This document shows, one piece after another, positions 15,724 through 24,637 of a stretch of DNA of 28,473 nt (its first letter is position 1; every line of letters starts with the position of its first letter). A program made the translations under genes and the position numbers. The DNA lies in the UHGV virus genome UHGV-0135791. The stretch is one strand, 5' to 3'. This DNA is from a virus. The notes under the pieces are model-generated. The model was not told where the DNA came from. It was given only the letters and a program-made list of their open reading frames with translations, and searched no databases.

Positions 15724-16082
15724 TGAGCACCGCCTTTAGTAAGCGTATGCAAGGCGTTGGTACACGCCTGCTAACCAAATTCGGTAGCACGGTATCTCTG
15801 GTTCGCGCTGGCTCGAAAGTATGGGATGAAGTTCTCGGTGAATATGTCTGGTCTGCGGATGAAGTGTTGCCGTTGAAGGCTGTTCCGGTTCCGGTTAACA
15901 CAGGACTGGTGAACGGTACGACGATTCAGGCGGGCGACATGATTGTTAAAGCCGATTACAGCGTCGTACCGAAGATGGAAGACAAGGTGCAATTTGGCGG
16001 CGAGCAATGGTCCGTCGTAGCTATCGAGAAGAAGATGGTTAACGATGATGTCGTGGCGTATTTTATTCAGGTGAGAAAATGA
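15723..16082 (+). CDS. head-tail joining protein (putative), 119 aa
   Basis: Track ORF; start overlaps the upstream stop. Confidence 0.6.
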   Translation: MSTAFSKRMQGVGTRLLTKFGSTVSLVRAGSKVWDEVLGEYVWSADEVLPLKAVPVPVNTGLVNGTTIQAGDMIVKADYSVVPKMEDKVQFGGEQWSVVAIEKKMVNDDVVAYFIQVRK

Positions 16083-16474
16083 GTTTCGCGCTTGATGTCT
16101 CTAAGTTCGTGGAAAAGGCGAAGAAGAACCCTGAAACGGTGATGCGTCAGGTGTCTATCAAGCTGTTTTCCGCTATTATAAAGGCGAGTCCGGTAGATAC
16201 TGGCCGCTTTCGTATGAACTGGATGGCGTCTGGGGGTACTCCTACCTCCGGAACTACAGACGCTACGGATAAATCAGGAAACATAGCTATCGGAAACGCT
16301 ACAAGTTTCGTACTGAAAGCCACAGACTGGCGCGAGTTCACGCTGGCAAACAATCTGCCGTATGCTCAACGGCTGGAGTATGGCTGGTCGCAACAGGCCC
16401 CCGCCGGGGTTGTCAGGACTAACGTGTCCCGCTTCCAGCAACTCATTAACGAAGAAGCCAACAAGGTGAAATGA
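16079..16474 (+). CDS. HK97 gp10-like tail completion protein
   Basis: Motif PVDTGRFRMNW characteristic of the HK97 gp10 family; ATGA coupling. Confidence 0.65.
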   Translation: MSFALDVSKFVEKAKKNPETVMRQVSIKLFSAIIKASPVDTGRFRMNWMASGGTPTSGTTDATDKSGNIAIGNATSFVLKATDWREFTLANNLPYAQRLEYGWSQQAPAGVVRTNVSRFQQLINEEANKVK

Positions 16475-16887
16475 TGGGCTACTTTGAGGACTTAACCAAA
16501 GCGTTCGATGTGCCGCTGGTAGCCTTCGGAACCACCAACGGCATCAAGGTTGCGCTTGAAAATACTGACGCGCCGACGTCAACCGATACACCGTATCTGG
16601 CAAGTTACATGTTGCTTGCGGATACCGAGCAGGCTGACTTATTCTTCACCGAGCAACGCTCTGGTATCTATCAGGTAGACATTAACTACGCATCGGTGAA
16701 AGGTAGCGCACCAATCAATAAAATGGCAGACTTACTTAACACGGCGTTTAAAGCAGGTAAGTCATTTTCACGTAACGACATCTGCGCCGAGGTTCAATCG
16801 GTTAGCCTGGGGCCGCTGATTGTAGAAAACGGATGGGCCAAACGACCATTGTCAATTAACTTTATTGCATTCACCAAGAGGCTGTGA
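16471..16887 (+). CDS. tail terminator/completion protein (putative), 138 aa
   Basis: Position directly before the major tail protein gene; coupled start. Confidence 0.6.
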   Translation: MMGYFEDLTKAFDVPLVAFGTTNGIKVALENTDAPTSTDTPYLASYMLLADTEQADLFFTEQRSGIYQVDINYASVKGSAPINKMADLLNTAFKAGKSFSRNDICAEVQSVSLGPLIVENGWAKRPLSINFIAFTKRL

Positions 16888-18056
16888 ATATGGCTACAAC
16901 TCCTTTTAAGGGCGCGACTACCGCGCAATTCTATGTGGCGGAAACTACCCCCGGCGTAACCCCGGACAACCCGGTCTGGTCGCCGTTGCGCAACACCGGC
17001 GGTGTTCCCGCCATTACTCGCGACACGCTGACCTCCAACGAACTGGACGGCAGCCGTGAAACTACGTCCATCCGCACCGGTAACAAACAGGTTAGCGGTG
17101 AATATGCTATCGAGCTTAGCTCTAAAAGTCAGGATGACTGGCTGGCGGGTGCTTTAGGCTCTACGTGGCAGTCCGGTGCATCGCTGTCCGGGCTGTCGAT
17201 TACCGTCGCACCGGCGGGCAAGACGTTCACCCGCGCCGAAGGTAGCTTTATTTCTGATGGCGTTGAAGTAGGCGACCTGATTGCGTTCACCGACTTAACG
17301 GGCGATAACGCTAAACCGTTTATCGTCACTGCGGTAACGGCTACGGTTGTTACCGGCGCGGGTATCCAACACCCCCTGACCGTCGAGACAAAAACCAGTA
17401 AGGCCAAAACCGGCGACAAACTGGAAACCGGTAGCCAGTGTAAGACGTTCTCTATTCTCACCTGGTACAAAGGCCAGTGCGGCGGGACTGATGCGTACAC
17501 GTTAACCAAAGGCGTGGAAGTTTCTGGTTTTACCGTTGAGCAGGCCGTTAACGCGATGGTAACGGGCAGCTTCCCGTTCATCGGGCGCAGCCAGGAGATT
17601 CTCACCACGGCGCCGTCTGGTTCTGACTTCTCCTCGGTTACGTTTGGTGATGAGCCGTTCTCCTCGGTTGACGTTTCTGTGTTCGACGGCTCTACTCCGT
17701 TGCGTTGCGATAGCCTGACCATCACCAATGATAACAGCGCGTCTGCACAGTTCGAACTTGGTAACACTAACGTAGCATTTGTGGAACGTAGCCGTGCAGC
17801 TAACACCTTCTCCATCTCGGGTAAGCTGTATGACATGGCTATGATTCAGAAGTTTATCAACGAGCAGCAGGTAGAGATTAACTCTATTCTGGCGGGGGTA
17901 AACGGCGCTATGTCTTTCAGTTTGAAACGCGCGGAACTCACGGCGGTTACACCAGAGATTGGCGGACCTGAGTCAATCACTCAGTCCATTGAAGGCCAGG
18001 CTACGGGTAACCAGTACCAGTCGTCTATTGTTATCCAGCGCATCACCTACGCATAA
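16884..18056 (+). CDS. major tail protein (putative), 390 aa
   Basis: Large Thr/Ser/Gly-rich protein after the tail completion genes, followed by a strong terminator. Confidence 0.7.
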   Translation: MNMATTPFKGATTAQFYVAETTPGVTPDNPVWSPLRNTGGVPAITRDTLTSNELDGSRETTSIRTGNKQVSGEYAIELSSKSQDDWLAGALGSTWQSGASLSGLSITVAPAGKTFTRAEGSFISDGVEVGDLIAFTDLTGDNAKPFIVTAVTATVVTGAGIQHPLTVETKTSKAKTGDKLETGSQCKTFSILTWYKGQCGGTDAYTLTKGVEVSGFTVEQAVNAMVTGSFPFIGRSQEILTTAPSGSDFSSVTFGDEPFSSVDVSVFDGSTPLRCDSLTITNDNSASAQFELGNTNVAFVERSRAANTFSISGKLYDMAMIQKFINEQQVEINSILAGVNGAMSFSLKRAELTAVTPEIGGPESITQSIEGQATGNQYQSSIVIQRITYA

Positions 18057-18060
18057 AACT

Positions 18061-18085
18061 AAGGCCCCTTTCGGGGCCTTTTCTT
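18061..18085. terminator. bidirectional rho-independent terminator
   Basis: AAGGCCCC-TTTC-GGGGCCTT hairpin followed by TTCTT; lies between convergent genes. Confidence 0.7.
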
Positions 18086-18314
18086 ACTCATCAATATTAC
18101 TCCTGTACTCCCGTAACTTCTCCAGGCTTTCGATTGCTTCTGCCAAGTCGGTTCCCGTGTCTTTGTGCCCGCGAAGGCCCATACACAATAGCTTCTTCAA
18201 CGCGTGCTGTAGCGCAGGGTCGCGTATATCGAAGGCGCGGAGAACATCGTAAACGTCTACTGTCATAGTGCTGCCGTGAATGTTTGTCATTGTGCGGTTG
18301 TATTTTGAAGTCAT
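18084..18314 (-). CDS. DUF3310-like small phage protein, 76 aa
   Basis: Motif PALQHALKKLLCMGLRGHKD...DLAEAIESLEKL matches the A.KYL.R.G.K...DL.KA..YL pattern recalled for DUF3310. Confidence 0.5.
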   Translation of the reverse strand: MTSKYNRTMTNIHGSTMTVDVYDVLRAFDIRDPALQHALKKLLCMGLRGHKDTGTDLAEAIESLEKLREYRSNIDE

Positions 18315-19441
18315 CCCAGCATCTCCGGTGAAATAGTTAAACGTGCGACCTCGCCGTATTCAGCGCTATAAGTAATTACGTTTGCACTACGGCCTGACAT
18401 CCATCCGCCGCGCGAGGCGTAGGCGTCTTTAGCCGCTAAGGTGCGGTGTTGCTCAACAACCATGTTACGGCTTTCTACAATCTTCTGGTGGTGCAGGTGA
18501 CCCACGTGGGCATAACTGTAGACACTCTCGCCGAACGCTTTACGGAACTTGGCAATCATTACTGGCTCAATAGCGTCGAATCGTGCTTTATGCCCGTGAT
18601 GGAAGAACAGTGTCGTTTTGCCGTGTTGCACCATCTTGTAAACATCCGGTGACGTATCGACAATCACTCGGCTGTCGTTTGAGTATAAAGTCGTGAACAT
18701 TTCCGCCAGCCATACAGACCCTACAGGGTCGTGGTTCCCCTGCACGATAAGCAAGCGAACGGTTTTATGTTTAACCAGCGCCATATCTACAACACGGCGG
18801 ACCATACGAATCATGTAGCGTACAAGTTTCTGATAGCGCGTGTCAGCGTCCAACACATGACGTGACTCAGGTGTAACCGCGTCCAGACTATCGAAGTGTG
18901 CGAAGTCGCCCAGCAGGTTAATAACTCCTGTCCCGGCATCCGGTGCTTTCTGGAATGCCGCATCGAACCAGCGGGAGAACAGGTCTTCCGCAATCTTCAT
19001 GTCCCAGTCGTCGCCGCTCTCGTCGGCCCATGCCAGCATACCGAGATGGAAATCGGATACCGTGTAAAGATTGAGTAGCTTGTCGTCGCGTTTAGCGCGA
19101 ACGGCTTTAACAGGTGCAACGGGTGTAATCTCTGACCTCATGCCTTCGATTACGGCTTTCATCAACTCTATCTGACGTTCGGCGTCAGTATCGGTCTTAA
19201 CCCATTGCAACTTAGTGTTGCCGAACTCGTCCACAAGTGACGACGTGCCTTTAATTTTGTAGCCGTCCGGGACAAGGTGGCTAACGTCGCGCCCGTGGCC
19301 TACGCCTTTCTTAGCCAGCTTCGCTTTACGGATGCGAATAACGCGGTCTGAGATGCCATATTTACGGGCTATATCGATAGTTTTAACTCCGGCGTTCAAT
19401 TCTTCCTGTAACTGTTCGTCGGTTATTTTCTTCCCGGCCAT
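18311..19441 (-). CDS. N-terminal HTH domain fused to a calcineurin/Mre11-like metallophosphoesterase, 376 aa
   Basis: HTH-like LNAGVKTIDIARKYGISDRVIRIRK; phosphoesterase motifs VSDFHLG, LLGDFAHFD, QGNHD, FHHGH and HVGHLHH in canonical order. Confidence 0.75.
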   Translation of the reverse strand: MAGKKITDEQLQEELNAGVKTIDIARKYGISDRVIRIRKAKLAKKGVGHGRDVSHLVPDGYKIKGTSSLVDEFGNTKLQWVKTDTDAERQIELMKAVIEGMRSEITPVAPVKAVRAKRDDKLLNLYTVSDFHLGMLAWADESGDDWDMKIAEDLFSRWFDAAFQKAPDAGTGVINLLGDFAHFDSLDAVTPESRHVLDADTRYQKLVRYMIRMVRRVVDMALVKHKTVRLLIVQGNHDPVGSVWLAEMFTTLYSNDSRVIVDTSPDVYKMVQHGKTTLFFHHGHKARFDAIEPVMIAKFRKAFGESVYSYAHVGHLHHQKIVESRNMVVEQHRTLAAKDAYASRGGWMSGRSANVITYSAEYGEVARLTISPEMLG

Positions 19442-19479
19442 GCTTACCTCCTCGTGTTTAGGATTTGTCCTATACTAGC

Positions 19480-19671
19480 TCACTTCTCTTTGACATTCGA
19501 GTTGCACGCCCAGATTAAGATAAATACCCACGGCAGCAGAATCCAACCAAGAAACAGATTGGCCATGAATATCGCCAGCTTTGCTTTATGGTTGCGGAAA
19601 TAGGCAACTAAAAAAGGCGTAAAGTACGCGAGCAGTGCAAACAGGATTAAGGAAACTGGTAAACTGGACAT
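19480..19671 (-). CDS. superinfection immunity (Imm-like) membrane protein, 63 aa
   Basis: Two TMDs with pattern FLVAYFRNHKAKLAIFMANLFLGWILLPWVFILIWA, resembling the Imm_superinfect family (from memory); first gene after the leftward promoter. Confidence 0.55.
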   Translation of the reverse strand: MSSLPVSLILFALLAYFTPFLVAYFRNHKAKLAIFMANLFLGWILLPWVFILIWACNSNVKEK

Positions 19672-19702
19672 TTTAAACCCCCTTCATTGTTGGTGTAAGT
19701 GA

Positions 19703-19731
19703 ATAGTACCCTATTATATTGGGGTGCGCAA
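19703..19731 (-). promoter_or_regulatory. leftward sigma70-like promoter, TTGCGC-N17-TACTAT
   Basis: Minus strand reads TTGCGC accccaatataataggg TACTAT tca; shares the AATAGGGTACTATTCA block. Confidence 0.5.
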
Positions 19732-19838
19732 GTAATGTGATAGAATAATTTTGCGCCTAGTGTCGCACACGAAAAGCGGGTGGTTCCCGCCTGGCGCAAC
19801 ACCATCAACCAGTAACCTCTTAACCAAAGGATTAAAGA

Positions 19839-20255
19839 ATGAAACTTTCTGATTTTTATTTCGAAGAGAAAGCACTGGTAGGTAAGAAGATGCCGATTCT
19901 CCTGCCGAATGGTGAAGACTCAGGGGAGTGGCTTAACGTTGTAAGCCCTGATGCGGATGCCGCCGTTAAAGCGGGGCGTGCTTTCATTATTGCGTACCGT
20001 CGCGGGTTGGCGCGTTTCGAAGAACTGGAAAAAGCCGCCAAAGAATCCGGCGACTATACTGAATATAACCTGGCTGTTAACGAGCTGGCGGAAGACCTCA
20101 ACCGGCAACTTGCAGCAGAAGTCGTAAACGGCTGGAGCTTTGATGAGCCTTTCTCTAAGGAAGCGTTTAACAAGTTGCTCGACCAGTTCAAGGCATTAGG
20201 CACACAGGTAGCCGCGTTCCATAACGCTGAGCGCAAAGCATTACAGGAAAAGTAG
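19839..20255 (+). CDS. tail assembly chaperone (lambda G-like)
   Basis: 138 aa acidic protein just upstream of the tape measure gene; ends ...CAG GAA AAG TAG with the -1 frame open from 20231. Confidence 0.6.
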   Translation: MKLSDFYFEEKALVGKKMPILLPNGEDSGEWLNVVSPDADAAVKAGRAFIIAYRRGLARFEELEKAAKESGDYTEYNLAVNELAEDLNRQLAAEVVNGWSFDEPFSKEAFNKLLDQFKALGTQVAAFHNAERKALQEK

Positions 20256-20287
20256 ACGCGCTGTACAGGTTCGCCACCTACGAGTTT

Positions 20288-20620
20288 GTGGATAAGCATA
20301 AAATCAGAGAGTTTGATTCTATAGCTGACGGACACGAACAGGCGCTTATCGCAATGGGTGTAATCGATAAGAAAAAACGTGCAGCGCGACGGGGTGGGCC
20401 AGAATGCCCACCCCTTTTTATATCCACCTTTGAGACGTATTGCGACATTAAGTTTACGCGACACGTGCGCGAGGACGCTGTAGTATTGTTTGCAAGAGAA
20501 TCCGTTACGTGGCAAGACCTGAAAGCCTATCTCGATGTTACGCAAAAGCAGCTTAGCCTGTTCGAGATAGACATTATCATGGGCTTAGAAGCAATCTTTG
20601 AAGGTAGAAATCATGGCTGA
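20288..20620 (+). CDS. tail assembly chaperone T-like segment, probably made as a G-T fusion by -1 frameshift
   Basis: Track ORF (GTG start, no clear RBS) lies in the -1 frame relative to the G-like gene and overlaps the TMP start. Confidence 0.4.
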   Translation: MDKHKIREFDSIADGHEQALIAMGVIDKKKRAARRGGPECPPLFISTFETYCDIKFTRHVREDAVVLFARESVTWQDLKAYLDVTQKQLSLFEIDIIMGLEAIFEGRNHG

Positions 20621-22895
20621 TACCGCTAGTTTGATAGTACGAGTATCATCGACCGGCGTCGATAAAACCACATCACAACTGAACGGGCTTACCAAAGCCG
20701 CAGGTGCTGCAGCTGCTGCCGTCGTCAGTCTGGAAACCGCTAAGCAGGTGTTCAGCGCGCTGGTAGACTCCCAGCGCAACTTCGATAAGCTGAACTCCGG
20801 CCTAATCACAATGACCGGGAGTGCTGAGAACGCGGCTAAGGCTTTCAGCGTCCTGCAACAGTTCGCAAAAGAAACCCCGTACGGGCTTAACCAAGCGGTG
20901 GAAGGCTTTACTAAGCTGGTGGCCCTTGGCCTGAACCCAAGCAAAGAGGCGTTAATCTCCTACGGCAACACTGCCGCGGCGATGGGCAAAGACCTTAACC
21001 AGATGATTGAGGCAGTTGCCGACGCCAGTACATTTGAATTTGAGCGACTGAAAGAGTTCGGTATCAAGTCTTCTCAACAGGCGGATACTGTTTCGTTCAC
21101 GTTCCGTGGCGTAACGACCACGGTTAAGAAGAACTCCGAAGAGATTCAGAAATACCTTCTGAACATCGGTAATACCGATTTCGCAGGGGCGATGGAAACG
21201 CGTTCGAAAACCCTTGACGGGCAGTTATCCAGCCTCGCGGACTCCTTCGACGGCCTTGTACTTGCGGTGGCGCAATCAGGTTTCGGTGACGCGGTGGGTG
21301 AACAAGCAGCAACAGCGGAAGACGCTATCACGGCCCTCACCGACGCCATCGCGTCTAATGAGATAGCCGCCACGCTCCAGGATTGGGTGACACTGTTCAA
21401 TGAATCGTTCAAGTTTATTTCTGATGCCTTAAACGACCTGGCATACGATACCGGGGACAAATCCGCAGATATGTCAGACTCGCTGGGGACTATCCCGGAC
21501 GCTATCCGTGAGTGGTTGCCTGATATACAGCAGACATTCCACGAGGTTATTGCGTGGTTCCAGCGCATTGACGATTACGCCGTAGCGCTTGGCCAGACCC
21601 TCGCCGACGTGTTTGACCCGAGCAAAACGGCAGCGCTAACATTTAAAAAACTGACCGCAGAAGCCGACGCCGCATACGACGCCAGCATAAAACGCGCAGA
21701 GGCCGAATCACAGGCCATTACCAACAGGTCTAAGCAGCGTAAGAAAGAAATTGAGGAACAGCGCAAGCAGTATGACGAGCGCAAGAAGCAAGAAATCGAC
21801 CTAGCCAGCCTTGTTAATGGGAAGGGCGGAAAGGGTGGAACTGGCGGAGCCGGAAATACTAACGACAAAGACGCGAAAGCCGCCGCTAAGAAGGCGGAGC
21901 AATTGCGCAAACAGGCCCAGGATTACCTCGACACTTTGGCCCGTCAGAACAACGACGAGTTAAAGGCTATCGACGCGCAGGAACAGCAGAAACTGGCTAA
22001 AGCAAAAGAGTTTTACAGTCAGGGCGCGTTGTCTCTGAAAGAGTACGAGCAAGCAAAAACGGCTATCGTCCTTGAAGCAGGGCAAAAACGGCAAGATGAA
22101 CTGGATAAACGCCAGAAAGAAGCCCAGGAAAAGCAGCAGAAAGGCGATGACTTCATGGCCCAGATTATGGGTCAGAACGCCACTGAGCTTGAGCTTCTCG
22201 ATATCCAGGAACAGCAGAAACTGGCTGTCGCCGATAAATACCGCGAACAGGGTCTGATTAGTGAGAAGCAGTATCAGGCTGCGCTTAACGCCATCAACGA
22301 GCAGTACGCCACGAAGCGCGCCGACGCAACGGCAACCGCCTTTGGTAACATGGCTTCAAACATCGGGTCTGCGTTGGGTGAGGCTTCTGGCGCATACAAG
22401 GCATTCGCTATCGTACAGGCCACTATCGCCACGTACACCGCGGCTATTGAGGCGTACAAGTCCACGGCGGCTATCCCTGTAGTTGGCCCGTTCCTGGCTC
22501 CCGTAGCCGCTGCTGCTGCCGTTGGGGCGGGTATGGCGCAGATTTCCGCTATCAGGTCTGCGCGTGAACAGGGTGGGCAGTTATCCGCCGGGCAGGCTTC
22601 TACTATCGCCGAACGCGGTAAACCAGAAGTTATCATGCCCGCTGGTGCGTCACGTGTACGCACTGCGCAGCAGATGAAAGAAATTATGGGGCAAAACGGC
22701 GGCAGTACCGGGTCAGCCAATATCAGCATTATAAATAACACCAGCGCACAAATTGGTAATACCAGTGTTGAACAGGACGAAGAAGGCCGCTTGCGTATCA
22801 TTATAGAGGAGCAAGTTGCTGCTTCGCTGCAGAATAGTAACAGCAAAATATCGAAAGCTAGGAAGGCTACAAGAAACGCACCCGGCTTTAAGTAA
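20613..22895 (+). CDS. tail tape measure protein
   Basis: About 760 aa, Ala/Gln/Lys-rich with internal repeats (QEQQKLAKAKEFYSQG / QEQQKLAVADKYREQG) and a Gly-rich stretch. Confidence 0.85.
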   Translation: MADTASLIVRVSSTGVDKTTSQLNGLTKAAGAAAAAVVSLETAKQVFSALVDSQRNFDKLNSGLITMTGSAENAAKAFSVLQQFAKETPYGLNQAVEGFTKLVALGLNPSKEALISYGNTAAAMGKDLNQMIEAVADASTFEFERLKEFGIKSSQQADTVSFTFRGVTTTVKKNSEEIQKYLLNIGNTDFAGAMETRSKTLDGQLSSLADSFDGLVLAVAQSGFGDAVGEQAATAEDAITALTDAIASNEIAATLQDWVTLFNESFKFISDALNDLAYDTGDKSADMSDSLGTIPDAIREWLPDIQQTFHEVIAWFQRIDDYAVALGQTLADVFDPSKTAALTFKKLTAEADAAYDASIKRAEAESQAITNRSKQRKKEIEEQRKQYDERKKQEIDLASLVNGKGGKGGTGGAGNTNDKDAKAAAKKAEQLRKQAQDYLDTLARQNNDELKAIDAQEQQKLAKAKEFYSQGALSLKEYEQAKTAIVLEAGQKRQDELDKRQKEAQEKQQKGDDFMAQIMGQNATELELLDIQEQQKLAVADKYREQGLISEKQYQAALNAINEQYATKRADATATAFGNMASNIGSALGEASGAYKAFAIVQATIATYTAAIEAYKSTAAIPVVGPFLAPVAAAAAVGAGMAQISAIRSAREQGGQLSAGQASTIAERGKPEVIMPAGASRVRTAQQMKEIMGQNGGSTGSANISIINNTSAQIGNTSVEQDEEGRLRIIIEEQVAASLQNSNSKISKARKATRNAPGFK

Positions 22896-22902
22896 TAACA
22901 GA

Positions 22903-22926
22903 AAGGCCCGAAAGGGCCTTATTTCT
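22903..22926. terminator. bidirectional rho-independent terminator
   Basis: AAGGCCC-GAAA-GGGCCTT hairpin followed by ATTTCT; lies between convergent genes. Confidence 0.65.
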
Positions 22927-22938
22927 CCCGCCTCTGGG

Positions 22939-23589
22939 CTAACGACCCTCTTTTATCAAGGCGATAACGCGGTCGAACATACCTTCCCTTATCGCCTCTA
23001 TCTCACATCTTCTTGATTCCGCCGCCCTTATCTTTTCAGCAATGTAAGCATCTAGCGCTTCTTCCTGAGTTTCAAAACGTCCTAGATTAATAGTTTTTTT
23101 ATCACAGCTCACTGAGGCTTTAAATTTACCTCTAGATTCTTCATAAAAAACACCTGTAGGTGTTCCACTATTTTTCTTCTCCTTTAGGAAAACATTCAAC
23201 CATTTCGGGATGAAAATGCAAGTGGTAGGGCTGTATACCTTATTAATACCAGAGAATATGTCCTTATCTAGCTCCCATCCCTCCACATAATTACAAAGCC
23301 ACCATCTACGGAAGGACATAAACCTTTGCCACCCTGGCCACACAGTTACATCCCGGTACGCAGGCCTTTTGTTTTTATACTCGGTGTCCACGCAACGTTG
23401 GATCATCCCTCGCCATGTAGCGTACGCCAGACACGTCTCACGGCTGCCGTTTATCTTGGGGCTAACCACATAATCGGCGTCATTTATGCCAAAACCACAT
23501 ATAGTTGCACGCTTAGTTTTGCTGCTTTTGTTCGCAGGATAATTCGCACGCAGCCACATGCTCTTGGCTACTTTTTCGGTTGGCATCAT
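22939..23589 (-). CDS. HNH homing endonuclease with C-terminal AP2-like DNA-binding domain
   Basis: N-terminal pattern ATWRGMIQRC...AYRDVTVWPGWQRFMSFRRWW...ELDKDI; C-terminal GVFYEESRGKFKASVSCDKKTINLGRFETQEEALDAYIAEKIR is AP2-like. RBS AGGAGA before the ATGATG start; AT-rich. Confidence 0.65.
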   Translation of the reverse strand: MMPTEKVAKSMWLRANYPANKSSKTKRATICGFGINDADYVVSPKINGSRETCLAYATWRGMIQRCVDTEYKNKRPAYRDVTVWPGWQRFMSFRRWWLCNYVEGWELDKDIFSGINKVYSPTTCIFIPKWLNVFLKEKKNSGTPTGVFYEESRGKFKASVSCDKKTINLGRFETQEEALDAYIAEKIRAAESRRCEIEAIREGMFDRVIALIKEGR

Positions 23590-23624
23590 GTTAGTATCTC
23601 CTAAACTAATAGGAGTATCTTGCC

Positions 23625-24125
23625 ATGTCTTCTTTGAAATTTCCAGCAAGTTTAAAGCCAGTGGTGTCAAAAGGCTACTCGATGACCAGACGCAACAACG
23701 TCTGGAGTGTAGATTTAGCTGGCGGCGGTGTACGTCAGGGGCGCGACACGTATTACGACGTGTTCCCGATAAGCGTAACCCTGATTACCTCAGCGCTAGG
23801 GCGTCAGGCGTTTCTGTCGTTCCTCGAAAAAGTCGATGGCGGTGCGTCAAGTTTCTGGATGGCGCACGACTTCGGCATGGGTATCGAGGATTATCAGGTA
23901 ACGATCACGTCCACCATCGCGGAGTCTACCGAAGATGGAATTAACTGGACGATTACTTTCACGGCAACCGCTGAGAAATCGCCGTTCCAGAACCTTGAGA
24001 ACCAGTGCCTGATTAACAATCTGCCGGATTTGTATGGTTGCTATGGCGACGGGCTGGGATGTTTCCTTAAAGCCTACGGAACCGCACAATCAACGTTTCC
24101 ACGAATTTGGGACCCGATGCAATGA
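23625..24125 (+). CDS. minor/distal tail protein (putative), 166 aa
   Basis: First gene after the TMP/HNH region; AGGAG 9 nt upstream. Confidence 0.6.
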   Translation: MSSLKFPASLKPVVSKGYSMTRRNNVWSVDLAGGGVRQGRDTYYDVFPISVTLITSALGRQAFLSFLEKVDGGASSFWMAHDFGMGIEDYQVTITSTIAESTEDGINWTITFTATAEKSPFQNLENQCLINNLPDLYGCYGDGLGCFLKAYGTAQSTFPRIWDPMQ

Positions 24126-24637
24126 GCCAGGAATCAGTAGAAGCAGCCTATCGCCGTAAGCTGGCCTCAAATCCCGACGGCGAGATGGACTACATCACGT
24201 TGCAAATCAGCCACCCGTTGCTGTCGAAGACCTATTATCTCGTGCGCGGGCTACAGGAACTTACGGCAACACTGGAGACGGGCGAAACAATCACGTTCGA
24301 ACCTACCCCAATGGAAGCGTCAGGGGCTGCCAACAATAGTGACATGGACCAGACGACGACGTTTACTCTACCGGATATTCTCAATCAACTGGATGACGAG
24401 ATGGACAAAATCCCGATGAGTAACACCGAGTTGCCGAAGTTCGTCTTCCGCCGTTATGTCAGCACCGACCTGTCTTACCCGGCGGACGGCCCTGTCGTGT
24501 ACGAGTTACAGGCCATCAACCAGGAGAAAGGCGAGTTCTCCGCGGATGTCGGTACACCTATGCTGAACCAACGAAGCACTGGTATACTGATGACACCTAA
24601 AGAGATACCGTTATTACGCGGCCTGTTGACTACATGA
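24122..24637 (+). CDS. minor tail protein (putative)
   Basis: ATGA coupling at 24122-24125; track ORF begins 24107 with TTG. Confidence 0.6.
   Translation: MSQESVEAAYRRKLASNPDGEMDYITLQISHPLLSKTYYLVRGLQELTATLETGETITFEPTPMEASGAANNSDMDQTTTFTLPDILNQLDDEMDKIPMSNTELPKFVFRRYVSTDLSYPADGPVVYELQAINQEKGEFSADVGTPMLNQRSTGILMTPKEIPLLRGLLTT

Noticed and set aside
17129-17836. 235-aa minus-strand ORF
   Set aside because: Antisense to the major tail protein gene; no start context; low-complexity composition.
20054-20545. 163-aa minus-strand ORF
   Set aside because: Antisense to the tail chaperone G/T genes; no translation signals.
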